Below, piece after piece: positions 17,140 through 19,537 of a stretch of DNA of 19,537 nucleotides. Each line of letters starts with the position of its first letter. The stretch's first letter is position 1. Position numbers and translations under genes: made by a program. Location: contig JARRQT010000001.1 of the NCBI GenBank assembly GCA_037381445.1, positions 1-19,537 on the forward strand, in the 5' to 3' direction. Source of the stretch: Calditrichia bacterium (lineage in GTDB: Bacteria > Calditrichota > Calditrichia > RBG-13-44-9). The notes under the pieces are model-generated. The model did not search any database. It had not been told where the DNA came from and saw only the letters and a program-made list of their open reading frames with translations.

Positions 17140-18286
17140 GATGACCTTTCGATTTTCAATTCTTTTAATATGGGTACTATTCATTCAGATTTGCCTTTCT
17201 CAGAATGATTCGCAGAATCTTTCTAAGATGCAGCAGAAATTGCAGGCCATTCAGGAAGAAATCGGGAAATTGGAAAAACAATTGAGAACAGCAGATGATA
17301 AACTCAAAATAGAAACCCAATCCATCGAAAATATTGACAGGCAAATAGTATTAACTACTGATAAAATAATTCTTTATAAAGGGGAGATATCAGTAAAAGA
17401 AAATTCAATTATGCAGCTCGAATTCCAAATTGATTCTTTGCAGAATAAAATCGGATCGCTGCAGGAAGTATTTAAACAGCAGGTTGTTTTTGCATATAAA
17501 TACCAACGTGGGAAGCATCTGGATTGGCTGTTGGGGGCCGGAAATTTTAACCAGGCTTTATTGCGTTATCGGTATTTTCATAAAGTGACGGTCGCGGAAA
17601 AAAGTACCTATGAGCAACTGCAGAGTCTGAAGATGAAGCTGGATAGCGATGAGCAAACACTAAAACAGGAAATGAATGGTGTTCAGAAACTGTTGGCGTC
17701 CGCGAGCAGGGAAGAGCGGAATTTACGGGATAAGCACAGCACCAAAGAACATCTCATCCGCAAAATTAACCAGAACAAGTCTCTTCTCTCTCGAAGCTTG
17801 AAAGAAAAGAAGGCAAGTTACCAAAAGCTCAGAAAGTTAATTGCTTCCTTAGAAAAGAGCCGGTCCAGCAGACAACTCAAGCCGAAAACACAGATCAAAT
17901 GGGAGAAACTTTCGGGCAGTTTTTCAAAAAACAAAAAGAAGTTTAATTGGCCGGTGCAGGGTGCAATTCTACATAAGTTTGGCAGATTCAAAAATCCTAA
18001 ATTAAAAACAGTTCTCAACAATACCGGTATTGATATTCAGGCTCCGGCGGGCAGTGATGTTCGTTGTATCTTCCCTGGTGTGGTAAGTTTAATTACCTAT
18101 ATGAGTGGCTTTGGAAATATGCTTATCATCGACCATAACGACGGGTATTATTCTGTGTATGCTCACATGAGCCAAATCAATGTGGGGCAGGATGAATTTG
18201 TTGAGGGGGCCTTGGAGGGGCCCAAGCTTCATTTTGAGATCTATGGAAATGACAGACCGCTGAATCCCCTGGATTGGCTCAAATAA
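17129..18286 (+). CDS. envC: EnvC-like murein hydrolase activator (coiled coil + degenerate M23/LytM domain)
   Basis: Signal/TM segment, long heptad coiled coil, WPVQG, NTGIDI (H of HxxxD replaced by N), GFGNMLIIDH..GYYSVYAH, PKLHFEI...PLNP..WL. Confidence 0.8.
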   Translation: MQNKMTFRFSILLIWVLFIQICLSQNDSQNLSKMQQKLQAIQEEIGKLEKQLRTADDKLKIETQSIENIDRQIVLTTDKIILYKGEISVKENSIMQLEFQIDSLQNKIGSLQEVFKQQVVFAYKYQRGKHLDWLLGAGNFNQALLRYRYFHKVTVAEKSTYEQLQSLKMKLDSDEQTLKQEMNGVQKLLASASREERNLRDKHSTKEHLIRKINQNKSLLSRSLKEKKASYQKLRKLIASLEKSRSSRQLKPKTQIKWEKLSGSFSKNKKKFNWPVQGAILHKFGRFKNPKLKTVLNNTGIDIQAPAGSDVRCIFPGVVSLITYMSGFGNMLIIDHNDGYYSVYAHMSQINVGQDEFVEGALEGPKLHFEIYGNDRPLNPLDWLK

Positions 18287-18414
18287 TTCGAGAAAGAGAA
18301 AGAAGATTTGATAGTTCGTTTTTCTTGTTTTTGTTTTTCACAAATTTTAAAATTAAAAGTATTCAAAATTTAACTAATCTTTAAAACTCCCAAACAAAAT
18401 GAAGGAGATCATTT

Positions 18415-18849
18415 ATGTCTAAGGGAACCGTTAACAAGGTGATTTTGATTGGACGTCTTGGCGCAGATCCGGAAGTTCGCTATGTTCCAAGCGGCGAGGC
18501 CGTCGCGAACTTTAACCTTGCCACAAATCAGAGCTTTAAAGATCGGGAAGGGAACTGGAAAGAAACCACCGACTGGCACCGCGTCCAGATTTGGAGAAAC
18601 AGGGCGGAATTTGCAAAACAATATTTGCACAAAGGGATGCGTGTATATGTCGAGGGGCGTATTCAGTACCGCGAATGGCAGGACCAAAATGGGGTGAAGA
18701 AGTATTCCACTGAAATTGTGGCAACAGATCTTCAGATTATGGAATCACAGGGAAGCCGTCCTGCCCAGGAAGATACCGGATCGGAAGTTCCGGATTTGGA
18801 GGCACCAAACACGCAGGACCAGGCACCTGAAGAAGATGTGCCGTTTTAG
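18415..18849 (+). CDS. ssb: Single-stranded DNA-binding protein
   Basis: 144 aa. VNKVILIGRLGADPEVRY, TDWHRV, VYVEGRI, acidic tail ending EEDVPF; AAGGAG RBS. Confidence 0.98.
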   Translation: MSKGTVNKVILIGRLGADPEVRYVPSGEAVANFNLATNQSFKDREGNWKETTDWHRVQIWRNRAEFAKQYLHKGMRVYVEGRIQYREWQDQNGVKKYSTEIVATDLQIMESQGSRPAQEDTGSEVPDLEAPNTQDQAPEEDVPF

Positions 18850-18858
18850 GTTGTATAT

Positions 18859-18884
18859 GCTCCTCATTTAGCGGGGAGCTTTTT
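18859..18884 (+). terminator. Intrinsic terminator after ssb
   Basis: Stem GCTCCTC (18859-18865) / GGGGAGC (18873-18879) with one G-U pair, followed by TTTTT. Confidence 0.7.
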
Positions 18885-18966
18885 CTGAAATTTTTGGTTA
18901 ACAATTTAGATCTCGGATTTATGGAGGCGGAAAACCCTTCGCTTCCGTGTTTTAAAGGGAGTATGT

Positions 18967-19537
18967 ATGCATAAACAGATGTTATTTGTTATCCTGCTTT
19001 TTATCCCCATCGCCAGCTTTGCGCAGTATTATGAAGAAATTCCGCCAACCCATTACAATGAATATGGCGCAGGAATCACAGTTGCCATGTCTGGTTTTGG
19101 GATTGGGGGATATTATCGCTTTGCACTGCCAAATATGTTTTTTATTGGTGCGGATGTTGATTTCTATATGATGAGGGATGAAAAACAGATCACATACTAC
19201 GATTATTATACAGGCTATCCAATAGAACTGAATAGTCCCAACCGATTGTTTCTTATTCCGTTTGATGTGGAACTGAAGAAAAGGCTGTTTGCCTCTGATA
19301 TTGAAGACAATTTCAGACCTTACATTGCCGGAATGGGTGGTTTCACGTTTGGAATGAATTTTCCCAGAGATACAAATGATCCTCGGTACCAGAATCTTCC
19401 CCGTGATAATCAATATCGTCTGACTTTTAATTTTGCTTTGGGCGCCGGAATTGATGTAAATACTTCTGAAGATTTTTATATTTCTATACGGCCCCAGTAC
19501 CGCTTCATGTATTTTACGGAGGCTATTGCCGGCAAAA
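18967..19537 (+). CDS. Outer-membrane beta-barrel protein (small OmpA/OmpW-like barrel), truncated by window end; missed by ORF track
   Basis: Manual translation MHKQMLFVILLFIPIASFA/QYYEE...YGAGITVAMSGFGIGGYYRF...FRPYIAGMGGFTF...FNFALGAGIDV...ISIRPQYRFMYF... stays open to the window end. Signal peptide, PY.G and GAG.D barrel motifs, AAAGGGAG RBS. Confidence 0.75.
   Translation, partial: MHKQMLFVILLFIPIASFAQYYEEIPPTHYNEYGAGITVAMSGFGIGGYYRFALPNMFFIGADVDFYMMRDEKQITYYDYYTGYPIELNSPNRLFLIPFDVELKKRLFASDIEDNFRPYIAGMGGFTFGMNFPRDTNDPRYQNLPRDNQYRLTFNFALGAGIDVNTSEDFYISIRPQYRFMYFTEAIAGK

Noticed and set aside
18334..18342. TTTTTCACA matching the relaxed DnaA box upstream of ssb
   Set aside because: A single relaxed match in a T-rich tract is expected by chance; there is no cluster.
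18982..19413. 143-aa minus-strand ORF and 61-aa plus-strand ORF near the window end
   Set aside because: Both are shadows of the OMP frame starting at 18967, which has an RBS, a signal peptide and barrel motifs.

Overview
Mostly housekeeping, origin-proximal-type region of a diderm bacterium. L34/SSB style and the beta-barrel OMPs suggest the FCB supergroup, possibly Calditrichota-like; this is inference. The left 6.2 kb is on the minus strand: an rnfC-D-G-E-A operon with no rnfB, then tatC, a long-chain polyprenyl diphosphate synthase and the start of a probable exported protein. The right 13 kb is on the plus strand: a YitT-family membrane protein, an LpxH-like metallophosphoesterase, then rpmH-rnpA-yidD-yidC-mnmE-mnmG-rsmG-parA, a PorV/FadL-like beta-barrel, an EnvC-like protein, ssb and a truncated OMP beta-barrel. 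Three parS palindromes flank or overlap mnmG. I see no mobile element, CRISPR array, rRNA/tRNA or defence system. The most notable points are: (1) an apparent deletion fusing the 3' end of rnfG to the 5' end of rnfE, removing the FMN site and the start codon; (2) a second apparent in-frame micro-deletion in the envC M23 domain; (3) a ParA with a ~75-aa C-terminal extension that lacks an adjacent parB and instead overlaps an OM barrel and envC; (4) the missing rnfB; (5) a structured 350-bp spacer upstream of rpmH where dnaA/oriC often sits. None of these is an established new system.
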